From Eledone cirrhosa (lineage: Eukaryota), in assembly GCA_964016885.1 (NCBI GenBank), contig OZ024742.1:62744001-62808000 (forward strand): DNA of 64,000 nucleotides, read 5' to 3'. The translations under genes and the position numbers were made by a program. Positions 1 through 12,250 of this stretch are shown in pieces (position 1 is the first letter of the stretch; the number at the start of each line of letters is the position of its first letter). The notes beneath the pieces were generated by a model. The model searched no databases, was not told where the DNA came from, and saw nothing but the letters and a program-made list of their open reading frames with translations.

Positions 1-1497
1 GAGCAATGATCAACCAGGAAAAGTCAGTGGGCCTGAAGCTCGGCACCTGGAGAGGTAGGTCCATGCCGTCCAACAGCGTCGTCGGGCGCTGGACGGACGG
101 ACCGGTTAAATTGCTAGGGGTCTGGTTCGGTCCGGACCTCCAGACGGACAAAAACTGGGACGAGGCGACGAACAGGGTGGCTTCTCTCACCCAGAAATGG
201 GCGGAGAGGAAGCTATCCCGGAAAGGTCGAGCGGAGGTGGCTAACGCGTACATCGCGTCCGTCATCTGCTACCGCCTGACCGTCGTACCTTGTCCTAAGC
301 CCCGCCTGACTGCGCTGGAGCGTTTGCTCTTTCGCTTTTTGTGAAAGGGACGCGCTCCGATGGTCAGGCGGTCCATCTGTTGTCAACACCCGCTACGTGG
401 AGGGCTGGGCATGCCGTGGCTGATGATGCGCAGACACGCGCTCAGGCTACGATATCTCCACCTCTTCCTCGACGGTGATCAGGTGTGGTCGCCGTTTGCT
501 AGACGCGTCTTTCCCCAGCTCGTTTCCTTGACGGAGCTGCAGTCCTGGGTCAAGCGAAGACCGAGAGGGAGCGCTTGGAGACTGGGATATCTTCAGGTGC
601 TCACAGCCCTCGACCAATCGGGCAATGTGGTCGGTGGAAACTCCACCTTGGCGTTCTATAGAGGATTAGTGGACTAGAAGAGCGACGACGTACTTGGAGA
701 AACTCTAAGCCTCGACGAAAATCAACTAGCCAATCTCTTCGGAAGAACTTTCGGGCCGGGGCCTATGGCTACCGAGGAGCCTTGCCAGTTCGGGATAAAC
801 TCTACAGGCATGGAGGTGCCGTCAGCCGGGCATGTCCGTGATGCGCGCAGGGCGACGAAACCGTCCTGCACGCACTCGTCCAGTGTCCGAGAATTGCTGA
901 CTTGTGGGTTTATGTCGAACACCTGCTGTCGAGTGTAGGACGGATCCGGCTATCAGCTGAGTCCATCGTGAAGATTTCCCCGCCCTCTTCCTTTAGCCGG
1001 GAAGGGCAGGCAGTTTTTATCTGTCTGGTGGCCATGGCGAAAGAGATAGTATGGTGGACACGTTTGAAAGGGCTGAAGACGAGCACTTACCTCTTCGGTG
1101 ATGCCTTGATTAACTTTTTCAAATTTCATTTGAAAAGGAAAATCAGGGTAGAGAGGGAAGTGCTCTCTTCCCAGCATTTTGTTGAAAGATGGGTGAGAGA
1201 AGCAAGAATGGCCCGAGTGAATGGGCCTACTCTGAGTATGTGTCTGTAAATTAAAGGTGGAAAACTGGGAGAGGGCACTTGCCCTGGTGGTCAGGGTCAC
1301 TGTGGCCTTTTAATGGGCTTTCTCCACAAATGTCCCTCCGAATTCTCCCCCCTATTGGGGAATTTTTCATTGTTATTTTTATTACATCCTCTGTTTTTGT
1401 TTTTTACACGCAGAAATGCCCATTTGTACCGTCCTGTATTGTCCTGTACTATCCTTAATGTCTACTTTATGTAAACCCTTGTGGTTAATAAAGAAAG
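1..1497 (+). mobile_element. Tx1/L1-type LINE copy 1: 3' part of ORF2 (post-RT region and zf-RVT) plus 3' UTR, degenerate
   Basis: Translations INQEKSVGLKLG..KLLGVWFG..GRAEVANAYIAS, HPLRGGLGMP and ETVLHALVQCP. Colinear with 5990-7920. Contains stops and a ~30 bp deletion near 770. Ends AATAAAGAAA followed by (TAT)n. Confidence 0.9.
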
Positions 1498-1509
1498 TAT
1501 TATTATTAA

Positions 1510-1700
1510 AATGGCAAGGGCATAGAGTTACGGCCCTTGCCATTCTGAGTTCAAATCCCGCCGAAGTTAACTTTGCCTTTCATCCTTACGGGGTCGATAA
1601 AATAAAGTACTAGTAATGCACTGGGATAATTGCTGGCCTTGTGCCAAAAGTAGAAACAATTATTATTATTATTATTTTTATTATTATTATTATTATTATT
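1510..1700 (+). mobile_element. Meta-type tRNA-derived SINE, 5'-truncated, with (ATT)n tail
   Basis: B-box GAGTTCAAATCCC; central GCCTTTCATCCTTACGGGGTCGATAAAATAAAGTAC; tail GGCCTTGTGCCAAAAGTAGAAACAATT. Many near-identical copies in this window. Confidence 0.85.
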
Positions 1701-1966
1701 ATCGGCCTGATCGGATGTCTTTTTGCTCGTTCCCGTAAGTCTCTTTATTTACCTGTCATAAATCATTTATTGTAATTTGTTGTTGTCGTATAAGGGACAT
1801 AAGCCCTTGGACTTTGCCCTGTGAAGGGGAAAGTATAATATTTGGGCCTTTTGGCCCAAATATTTGAAGTTTTTACTTTTAAAAATTATCAAATAAAGCA
1901 TGGTTGAGCCACCCCGTGATATGTCTGCTGTCGTGTGACAACGGCGTAAAAGTTGAGAGGAGGGTT

Positions 1967-3903
1967 ATGGCGAACACAGAAATTGATACAACAAACTCCA
2001 CCACAAACAACGTGACAGCAATTACACAACACTGAGAACACTATTGTTGAAAAAATGACCACACCAACCGCAACAGTAACAGCGACAACCAAAATACAGA
2101 CAACAGAAAAAATTACAACAAATGCAACCACGATATTAACACCAGTAACAAGAAAATAAATAGCGACAACAGTAACAGCAACAATACAAATTGCACCGAG
2201 AACAACAACTACAGTGGCACCAAAAACACAACGAACTGCAACAGTGATAACAGCAACAACACCAACAACACCATTTGTAGCAGTAGGAACAGCAGCAGCA
2301 CCAACAAGACCAGTAGCAGCAGTAGCGGTGGCAACAATGATGCCACTGAAAAAGGGACCATCTCTTTTGCAAAAGTGACTCGCAACATAGAAACGTCCTG
2401 GTTACACAGGAGGAGATGGCGGTCGCAAGACACGTGGTAACCAGAACTGAATTGTCAGTGTCCTTGAAACCACCAACCGACTTCCTGGAGGAACAAGAGC
2501 GACACAGTGTCATACCGCACAATTTCCACGAAATCGCGTCGTGTGGAGGGAGCCTCGGAGGCCCAAATCCAAAAGGCCTTTGGAACTATGTGGGCACGGA
2601 AAACCCGCATCACCCGAGGCAAGAAATATGCTACCGTGGACGTCCTTTTTTCTACCACCCAGGAAGCAAAATCGCACTCACTGACGACTCTACGAAGTGA
2701 TGACATAACATTAGTCCCATTTTACTGCAGGGAAAAAGATTGCAACGGTCAGGGTAACCCAGGTCCCTCCCTACGAACCCGTGCCTTAGCTGGTTGTGTC
2801 TGTTCTTGCGGGCATCAGGGATAGAACAACCATTCTGCAGGTACAGAAGTTGTGGGGAGAGGACTGGTCCGGTATTGGAATGGAGATGCTCATCCAAACT
2901 GACCAGGACTGCGTCAGCGCTATTCCTGACGTAATAGACCTCGGGAATGGCTCCCAACTTCCCATATCTGTGGAAGGAAGGCGCTCAAAGTGCTTCAACT
3001 GTGGATCGAAGTCTCACCTCAGGGTCTTCTGCCCACAGAAAATAGCAAAGGCGGAGGTCCCCTTCCTTCCAACTCCGGAACTGCTTCCATCAGAAATAGA
3101 GAAGTCAGCGAAAAAGTCGGGAGCTTCTACAAAGAGTAGGAAGACAACGTCTTTGGCACCCACGGACAACAAAAGCAGCGGTGGCAACTGCAGCAACAGA
3201 AACAGTTGCACTAGCTGCACTCGTGCCAAGAACGGCAGACCAGGCTCCACCTCCACCATCAACAACAACAGAGACAAATAAGAGGATAGAACTCATACCC
3301 CTCCCCGACCTCTCACAGTCGGACATGGAGTATGAGGCGGCAGAGGAGTGGAAAACGGTTGTCAACAACAAAAAAAGAACAAACGCAAAAACACCACAGT
3401 TTCGCTCTCCAAAAGCGAAGGCAAAGAAAAAGGGGTAAAGGCTGCAAGGAGACTTGCAGCAACACCACCACCATCACCACCACAAGCAACAACAACCACA
3501 CCACCACCAGCATCACCAAAACCACCAACATCGCAAACACAACAAAGCACACACACACACACAACAGCAACAATAAAACAGCACCCCCCCCCCCCCAAAA
3601 AAAAGGTACACAGCCATAAACATCGCACACAAAGGATCAATGGAACATATAAAACAGCACACAGATATTTCAGACATACATTACCACACCCCACCAACAC
3701 CAAGAACATTACCAAATAATATTAACATCGTCGAAATTAAACTCGAAGACTATAAACAATTAAAACAAAAATTCCCCAATTGCGTTGGGGATTTCAGGGG
3801 CTCACTCTCCAAAAGAATCTATACGGATAACATCTTGGAGACACCCATGAGCAGCCGAAGGGACAGTTCTACTGTCCCTTCCACACACGATCAAGGTAAG
3901 TGA
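1967..3903 (+). pseudogene. LINE ORF1 (gag-like, zinc knuckle), frameshifted
   Basis: ATG at 1967; Thr/Ala-rich low-complexity arms; CFNCGSKSHLRVFC (CX2CX4HX4C) at 2991-3032; basic C-terminal stretch. Confidence 0.75.
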
Positions 3904-3935
3904 TCCTTTCTCACTTACCCCATTCCTCACCCAGC

Positions 3936-6900
3936 ATGGCCGTACTCAGAATAGGCAGTGTAAATGTATGTGACCTGGGATCATCTTGCAAGCAGGCTCA
4001 CCTGCTCAACGACCTCAGGTCACTAAACATGGATGTGGTGACCATCAGCGAGACCAGAATCTCCGAATCACGAGCCTTCGCACCGATCTTCGGCGGCTAC
4101 GATGTCTACGCATCTCCCAGCCGTCCTGGGTCGGGGGGAGGAGTTATTGTGCTTTTTCGGAGAGGCTTGGATCTCACCATAGGGGTCATCTTCCTGGACC
4201 CAGAAGGTAAGTCGGTGGTGCTGGACGTGACCGGCAGCGAAGGCAATGCTTTCAGGCTTGTAGCCGTCTACGCCCCAACAGGGGCAGGACGGCCAGATTT
4301 CTTCAGACGTCTCGAGACCTTTCTTGGAACGTCCCGCTCTTTAGTGTTAGTGGGCGACTGCAACGGTATCGTAGATACACATTGGGATTATGTAGGGCTA
4401 GTAGACAGGGCAGGAGGGTGTGAAAGCCTCAATAACCTACTCAGATGTTTTGAACTGTCTGACAGGTATAGACTGGATTATCCGAATGTGCCAATGTGGA
4501 CATGGGAAAACGGCATTGGGTCATCCAGATCGTGTTTAGAAAGAGTATATTGTAGGGAAATAGATAAGGCTAGTGTAGGTTGTCCACAATTTAAAGTAGT
4601 CGACTACACGGACCACAAATTTGTGATCTGTGAAGTTGACTTAGATAGACTCCATAGGCAAGGGCCCGGTTACTGGAAGCTGAACGCGTCTTTCCCGGCG
4701 CGCAAAGTTTACAGAGACCGGATTAGCGAATTAGTTAAGCGTGCTTTGACGGGTGCGATCGTCAGGTGGTGGTTTACCCTGAAAAGGCTATTAGAGTAGA
4801 ATCGATAGGGTTTAGCAAAGGAGTAGTGATAGAGGAAAATAGAGTAGTGGGAGAGCTAGTTAGAAAGCTAGAAGAGGCGTTTAAGTCAGGCATCGCAACC
4901 GACGTGCTTGCGGCGAGATTGGCACTCGACCAATTCTTCAACGCAAAGCATGAAGGATGCGTTGTCAGAGCTAGAGGGCGTGCTCTGAGACACGAGGGGA
5001 TGAAAGCCGTTCAATGGGCCCGGGTGGTGGAGGTGCGACGTGACAACAAAGCCACAATTCGGTCTTTGCCTGATCAAAACGGGCGCATGTTGCTTGAACC
5101 CGAGCAGATGTGTGCGGCTTTTCAACAGCGATTTGCTCAATTGTTCGGGAGCGGCGGCAGGCCGGTTCGGAGTATGGACTTCGGTGCATACCTCGACGGA
5201 CTGCCGCGACTCTCGATGACCGCAGAGCAGTGCTGCGAAAAGCCGATGACAGCAGGTGAAATACGGGAAGCGATGTCTGACTGCACGAGGGGTAAATCGC
5301 CAGGTGTGGATGGTCTGCCCTACGAGCTTTATGCGTACATGCCAGACTTGTTCCGCGACCTCTTGGCAGAGGTCTACTGCAACTGGCAGCAGGACGGGAG
5401 CATTCCCAGTTTTGTGAACCGGGGAGCGGTGGCGCTGCTGAGAAAAGACCCGAACACGGGGGACGTTATTGACAACGTCAGGCCCATAACTGCTAAACAC
5501 AGAGTTCAAGATTTTGGCCAAGCTGTTAGCAAAGAGATTGGCGCTTGTCGGTGATCTGGTGGAAGCGGCGCAGACATGCACCATTCCGGGCAGATCCATC
5601 CACGACAACTTCCATCTCATGCGATACATCATAGAGAAGGTGGTTAAGGAACCTGGCACGAGTGGCGCCCTGATTATCTTGGATCAACCTAAAGCATTTG
5701 ATAGGGTCGACCATCTGCTCGATTGTGAGGGTGAATAGTCACCTGTCGCAGCCGTTTAGCATCATGCGCTCAGTCCGCCAGGATTGTTCCCCCTCGTCCC
5801 TTTTGTACGTGCTGGCCCTCGAGCCATTACTGCACAAATTGGAGACTATGAGGGGGGTCCTACGCCAGCTGGGATGCGGGAGATCCGTGTCAGCTTACGC
5901 CGACGACGTTACCGTGGTGGTGTCGAGCACCAAACACGTCCAGATTCTCGGCACCACTCTCAAGGAATACGAAGCGTTTACATGAGCAAAGATAAACCGG
6001 GAAAAGTCGGTGGGCTTGCAGCTCGGCACCTGGAGAGGCAAGTCCATGCCGTCCAACAGCGTCGTGGGGCGCTGGACGGAAGGACCGATTAAATTGCTCG
6101 GGGTCTGGCTCAGTCCGGACCTCCAGATGGAGAAAAGCTGGAGCGGGGTGACGAGCAGGGTGGCTTCTCTCACCCAGAAATGGGCCGAGAGGAGGCTGTC
6201 TCTGCAAGGTCGGGCGGAGGTGGCGAATGCGTACATCGCGTCCGTCATCTGCTACCGCTTGGCCGTCTTGCTTTGCTCCCGCCCAACTCTGACCAAAATG
6301 GAACGCCTTCTCTTCCGCTTTTTGTGAAAAGGACGTGCTCCCATGGTCAGACGATCCATCTGCTGTCAGCACCCGTTGCGTTGGAAGACTGGGCATGCCG
6401 TGGCTGATGATGCGCAAACATGCGCTGAGGCTACGACATCTCTGGTGCTTCCTTGACGGTGAACAGGTATGGTCGCCGTTTGCCAGACACGTTTTTCGCC
6501 AGCTCGTCTCCTTGACTGAACTGCAGTCCTAGATCAGGAAAAGACCGATGGATAGCGCTTGGTAGCTAGAATGTCTCCAAGCGCTCACCGCCCTATACCA
6601 GCTGGGCACTGATATCGATGGAACATCCACCTTTGCGTTCTATAGAGGGCTAGTGGAAGGGAAGAGTGACGACGTTCTCGAGGAGACCCTAGGCGTTGAA
6701 GACGATCAGCTGTTCGCTCTCTTCAAGAGAACTTTCAGCCCGGAGCCTATGGACAACTTCCAGAAATCCCTGGTCTGGCAGTGCTACCGGGGAGCGTTGG
6801 CGGTTCGGGATAAGCTCTACAGGCACGGAGGTGCTGTCAGCCGAGCCTGTCCGAGATGCACACAGGGCGACGAAACCGTCGTGAACGCACTCGTTCAGTG

Positions 6901-7652
6901 CCCGAGGATTGCTGACTTGTGGAGCTATGTCGAACAGTTGTTGTCGCGTGTAGCACGGATCCGGTTATCGACTGAGTCCATTGTGCAGATAGCACCACTA
7001 TCAGTGGAACAGCCACCTGGGCGTTCTATAGAGGACTAGTGGGTGGGGGGAAGAGCGACGACGTTCTCGGAGAGATCCTGGGCGTCGAAGAAAATCAGCT
7101 GTTTGCTCTCTTCCGGAGAATTTTCAGCCCAGGGTCTATGAATAATTTCCAGAAATCCCTGGCCTGGCAGTGCTACCAGGGAGCGTTGCTGGTTCGAGAT
7201 AAGCTCTACAGGCACGGAAGTGCCGTCAGCGGAGCCTGTCCGAGATGCGCGCAGAGCGACGAAATCGTCGTGCACGCACTCGTTCAGTGCCCGGGCATTG
7301 CTGACTTGTGGAGCTATGTCGAACAGTTGCTGTCGCGTGTATGACCGATCCGGTTATCGACTGAGTCCATTGTGCAGATAGCCCCGCCATCCCCCCTTTA
7401 AAGAGGAGGAAGGACAGGCAGTTTTCATCTGCCTGGTGGCCATGGCGAAAGAGATTGTGTGGTGGACAAGGTTGAAAGGGTTTTGACACTTTCCTCTCTG
7501 GCCAATCCCTGATTAACTTTTTCAAGTTTCACTTGAAGAGGAAAATTAGAGTGGAGAGACAAGTGCTGTCTTCTAGTAAGTTTGTTGAAAGGTGGGTGAA
7601 AGTGGCGAGTCTGGTCCGAGTGAACGGGCCCGCTCTGAGTATGTGCCTGTAG
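3936..7652 (+). pseudogene. LINE ORF2 (AP endonuclease, reverse transcriptase, zinc finger), with multiple frameshifts, stops and an RT deletion near 5715
   Basis: SVNV, ISETR, AVYAP, VGDCN, TDH, GPGYWKLN (APE); KSPGVDGLPYE, KAFDRVDH, VRQDCSPSSLLY, AYADD (RT); CPRC..ETVVNALVQCP (zf-RVT). Confidence 0.92.
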
Positions 7653-7924
7653 ACTGAAGAGTGGGAAAACTGAGAGAGGGCTCTTGCCCTGGTGGTCAGG
7701 GTGACCGTGGTCTTTTGTGTGGTTTTCGCCACGAGTGACCCTCGGAGGCTTCTACCTTTTTGGGAAATTTTTGTTGTTTGAATTTTTTTAATTTGATTTT
7801 ACACATTTCTGTCTTGTTATAACCTTTTTACACGGCCCAAACCCACTTTGTCTCGTCCTGTACAGTTCTGTGCCGTCTGAAATGTTTTTCTTCATGTTAG
7901 CCCGTGTGACCAATAAAGAAACCA

Positions 7925-8125
7925 GTGGATTGGCAGTATCGGTAGAGGGTCGGACGCCATGCTTTACAGCATAGTTACGTCCCTTTACGATCTGAGTTCA
8001 AATCCCGCCGAGGTTGACTTTGCCTTTCATCCTTACGGGGTCGATAAAATAAAGTACCAGTAATGCACTGGGTAATTGCTGGCCTTGTGCCTAAAGTAGA
8101 AACAATTATTATTATTATTATTATT
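7925..8125 (+). mobile_element. Full-length Meta-type SINE abutting the LINE 3' end
   Basis: A-box-like TGGCAGTATCGG, B-box GTTCAAATC, Meta-like core, (ATT)n tail. Confidence 0.88.
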
Positions 8126-8283
8126 TTTATTTTCTTTCATTATTGTTTCTGAGATATATGCCGAGTGTCCTCCTGACACCTAGGGCAAATAAATTCAAGT
8201 GTGCATTGGTAAGCCAGTTAATACAGCACATTGATCATAATTTAAACAAAAAAAAAATTATTATTATTATTATTATTATTATT

Positions 8284-8496
8284 GTTCTTTGAGTCTGTCA
8301 TTGGTGTTATTTAACTGGAAGGTTTGTTGAAATGAATATCAAGCCACTATCTGCAGCCTCAGACATTCAGGACGTATCGGAGGGTTCTTGCTGTTCCCAG
8401 CAAGCATGCCTTTTGAAGTGTTCCAAAAAGCGGGGCTGGACTAATCTTCTTTAACCATCCTTGGAAACTCTTTGAGATAGTACCTAGTGCGCCTAT
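8284..8496 (-). mobile_element. 5'-truncated Dong/R4-type (restriction-like endonuclease) non-LTR retrotransposon 3' end inside (TAA)n
   Basis: Minus-strand translation IGALGTISKSFQGWLKKISPAPLFGTLQKACLLGTARTLRYVLNV* (stop at 8359-8361) matches the typical R4/Dong C-terminus. (ATT)n flanks both sides. Confidence 0.75.
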
Positions 8497-8502
8497 TATT
8501 AC

Positions 8503-8538
<36 letters not shown>

Positions 8539-9059
8539 ACTATGCTTAGTACAACCCCAAAATACATACTAGAGACTACGTACCGAGTGCTCACTTTGGT
8601 GAACCTACAGTAGCTTGATCTTACAATCCCTAGATATGTGTATATATACAAAACCAAATTGTAAAATTATATTATAAAATTAAATTAAATTGTTTAGAAC
8701 TACAAATGAAATTATTCTTTTCCTTTTTTTAAATATACCTAACTGTACCAAGGATTTCACACATTTTCCAATATATGTATATATACACACATATATATGT
8801 TCGTGTGAATTTCAGGTTTTAAAAATTCATAATTTCCCACAAAAAAGATGTAATGGCCGTGTTGGTTGGATGATGGTGTTTGATTCTGGGAGTATTCAAT
8901 TGAAAGACCCTCTTAAATTGCCAGAAATCGCATACTCAAACAAAATGACAAGAACAGATTTCACACAAGGTATGTATTTATCCGTGTAACTTATTTTAAG
9001 CCAGTACAAAACTATTCTGTAATATATAACATGTCTTTGGAGGTTTCGTCACCCAATAA

Positions 9060-10230
9060 CTTAGGCTGCAGTAGCATTGTAACCTGCTACAAGGATAAAG
9101 TAGATGTACTGGTCAGAGGATTTAAGCTGATTAGGGACAGAATCAAGTTAGATAAGATGTAGCTTTGTTTTATACCAGAAAGGCGTATTACAGGTATACT
9201 CTTCCTTGTATGATCACTGCAGAAGTATGTACCCAGCATTCATTGAATTAGAAAAAGCATTTGATAGTTTTCTCCACAAGTCATGTTTTAAAGTGCAATC
9301 AACAAGGTGAAAGTCGGCAATTAGTATCGTGGTGAATTTGAAGTGTAGCTGGGTATCCATCAGAGTTTCGTCCTCAGTTTACTTCTGTTTATTGTTCTTC
9401 AAGCCATAATAGAGGAGTTAAAAACTGAATGTCCATGAAAGCTGCTGTAGTCAGATGATCTAGTGCATATGGCTGAGTAAGAAGTGAGACTCCAGACATG
9501 GAAGAAAAAGTTAGAATCAAATGGACTAAAAATAAACTTAGCAAAGCCTAAAGTCTTAGTAGGTAGGAAAAGAAACAAACCTCTAATAATGCCATGGAAA
9601 TAGCATTGTTTGATATATCTTGTAATGGTAAGGGCGCAAGAAACTGACTCCATCAATTGCTCTGAGTTCTCCCTAGAAATTACTGAAAAATGTTATTACG
9701 TAGGTGACCTAATCAGCAGTGTAGTAGCCAGAGTAAGAACGGGCTGGAAGAAGTGTAAGGAACTAGTACATCTATTGAAAACAAAGGGCTTCTCTCTCAG
9801 GTTGAAAGGTAAACTACATAATATCCGCATATGAACTGCAATGCCTTGACTATACAAGATCTGTGATGGCTGGAAAGAAATGAAGCGAGTATGCTCTGGT
9901 TGATGTTTGATGTTAGTGTGCATGAACAATGCAGCATGCGTGAACTGTGAGAAAAACTAGGCATAAGAGGAAACCGATGTAGTGTGAAAGAGAGAAGCCT
10001 GCAATGGTATGAGTATGTGATGCATATGGAGGATGGCAACTGTATAAAGAAATACGGAGGAAGAATTTTCTCTTAAAAAATCTTTAAGAGAAGGGATGAA
10101 GTAGTGAAGTCAGACTTTATGAAGCTGAATGGGTCTCATGGAAAAGGTAGACCATTTAAGAGAGAGAAGGAATGAAATAGTGAAGCTGAATCTCATGATA
10201 AAGTACCTCAAGGATTGGCAGCATGCCGTA
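9060..10230 (+). mobile_element. Old RTE-clade LINE remnant (RT and C-terminus)
   Basis: Degenerate EKAFD, GIHQSFVLSLLLFIVLQAI, DDLV, YYVGDLIS, ARVRTGWKK. Confidence 0.75.
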
Positions 10231-10916
10231 CTGGAGAAAATCAGGGCTATGAAGACTGAGACACTTATCCTCTCAAGGAAGCCAGCACAGTGCACTCTAC
10301 ATGTGAGTGGAGTTCCATTGAAGCAAATGGAGTAATTCAGGTATCTTGGAGTCGTGTTCATGAGGCAGGAGGCTGAATTAAGTACAAGAATTGCAGAAGC
10401 TGGAGCAGTAATGCTCCAGTTTCAGCATTTGGTCATCAGAAAAGAGAGGTAGATGTAATAACCAAACTTGCTATTTTCAATTCGGTATTCGTGCCAACCC
10501 TTATCTATGGACATAAATATTGGTAATGACCGAAAGAATACAATCACGATTGCAAATTGCCTAAATAGGTTTTTTTCTGAAGGGTATTTGTAGTAACGTT
10601 ATTCGATTGAGTACGTAGCTCAGAGATTAAAAAGTCGCTCCTGGTAGAGCCGCTACTTCTCGTAATTGAGTGATGACAACTCCTATATTACTGACATGTG
10701 GTTAGAATGTCCCAAGAAATCAACCATCAAGAGGTCCCGAGCAAGATATTGGGATGACATTCATGAGCTCGCTGGAGGATTCAGTCTGATCAACTGGAGA
10801 GGGCTGCTTCTGATAGGATCCTCTGGAAGGAGTACTTCAGGACTTTACCCTAACAATTTTCCTAGAACTAAGTGGAAAGAAGAAGAAGAAGAAGAAGAAG
10901 AATAAGAAGAAGAAGA
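10230..10916 (+). mobile_element. RTE-clade LINE 3' fragment with (GAA)n tail
   Basis: KTETLILSRKPAQCTLHVSGVPLKQ..FRYLG, FNSVFVPTLIYG. Same family as 29530-30260. Confidence 0.78.
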
Positions 10917-11787
10917 TCACCAGGTAGATGAAGGCAGTTTCGAACCTGACATGTCTTTAAATACCGTTAATCATCACCTGATATTTAGCTTACCTTTCTA
11001 AACATTCTTCCAATCAATTGATTTATAATAAAACTATTTTTCTTTAATTTTACAGAATCTTATTCAAGAGCTGATTCTTTGTCAATTTATGTAAAGTTGA
11101 CATAAAAACTTGACAAGATTATACCACAGTATTTAAAGTAGAAGACTAATGAGAACGAGAAAAATGACCTCATAGATCTACATGACTTTCATTTACATTA
11201 TATTATATTAGAGGAAACTTGTACAACTCCAACACCACATATTTATTTATTTTCTGTGTGTAACTATTAATAAAATAATTAAATAATTCTGTGTGTAACT
11301 ATTAATTAAAATACTTTAGAGAATATTGTTATTATGTAACACCACTCAGTGGTACCTATTATATCTTGGCTACAGTTTCAATAAATATCATTAAATACAT
11401 TTCTCTATTATAGTTTTAAATTATTTGGTGTTGATAAAACAATTTCGTATTTAAAGCATTCTATAAAATATCAGCCATAATAATATTATTTTATTCCTTT
11501 GATAGTTTCAGTCTTTGTCTAAATAGAAACTGTGTTGAACATAATTTCGTAAACCATTAATATTTTTGTGTTGAGTTTAGCAAGAGTAATCTCCATATTT
11601 AGGAATGTTTCGACTGAGATGAAATATACACTGACACACACACACACACACACACACACGCGCGCGCACACACACACTTACACGCTCAAACAAGCAGTAT
11701 TTATTTGGAATCAATTACCATATTTCGCCGAAGACGCTTCGTCCTCGAGGACGTACCCTAATTTTGACAACCAAAAATTTGAAAAAA

Positions 11788-11978
11788 ATAATTGTTTCTA
11801 CATTTGGCACAAGGCCAGTAAATACTCAGTGCATTACTGGTACTTTGTTTTATCGACCTCGTAAGGATGAAAGGCAAAGTTAACCTCGGCGGGATTTGAA
11901 CTCAGAATGGAAAGGGCCGTAACTCTATGCGTCAAAGCATGGCGTCTGACCTTCTACCGATGCTGCCAATCCGCCGCC
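11788..11978 (-). mobile_element. Meta-type SINE with target-site duplication
   Basis: Reverse complement of the 7925 copy, flanked by ATTT(G/C)AAAAAAATAAT. Confidence 0.88.
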
Positions 11979-12125
11979 ATTTCAAAAAAATAATTGTTTC
12001 TACCTTTGGCACAAGGCCATTTGAAAAAAATAATAAACAACCTTCGGCCTCCAGAACGTATGGTAGATTTTTTAGACTTATTTTAGGAAAAAAGTAATTA
12101 ATAATTTATCTAATATCAACCTGAG

Positions 12126-12250
12126 CGGTACCAATACCAAATAATCTAACACGGTACCAATACCAAATAATCTAACACGGTACCAATACCAAATAATCTA
12201 ACACGGTACCAATACCAAATAATCTAACACGGTACCAATACCAAATAATC
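12126..12250. repeat. 26-bp minisatellite, 4.8 perfect copies
   Basis: CGGTACCAATACCAAATAATCTAACA at 12126, 12152, 12178, 12204 and a partial copy at 12230. Confidence 0.97.

Larger units (their letters stand above)
1701..7921 (+). mobile_element. Near full-length Tx1/L1-type LINE copy 2 (5' UTR, ORF1, ORF2, 3' UTR), inactivated
   Basis: Starts directly after an (ATT)n run. ORF1 has a CCHC knuckle; ORF2 has APE, RT and zf-RVT. Its 3' UTR is homologous to copy 1 and ends AATAAAGAAA. Confidence 0.92.

Noticed and set aside
1843-1858. GGCCTTTTGGC similarity to the U2 snRNA 5' stem (a known Tx1/Keno target)
   Set aside because: Only 11 nt match, and the flanks do not resemble U2.
1889-3719. Cys/Val/Leu-rich antisense ORFs that look like membrane proteins
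   Set aside because: They are shadows of the ACA/GCA-rich low-complexity LINE ORF1.
7925-8010. tRNA genes suggested by A/B boxes in SINE heads
   Set aside because: No complete cloverleaf, and each continues into a SINE core and tail.
12126-12250. CRISPR-like direct repeats
   Set aside because: The units are contiguous with no spacers, there are no cas genes, and the context is eukaryotic.
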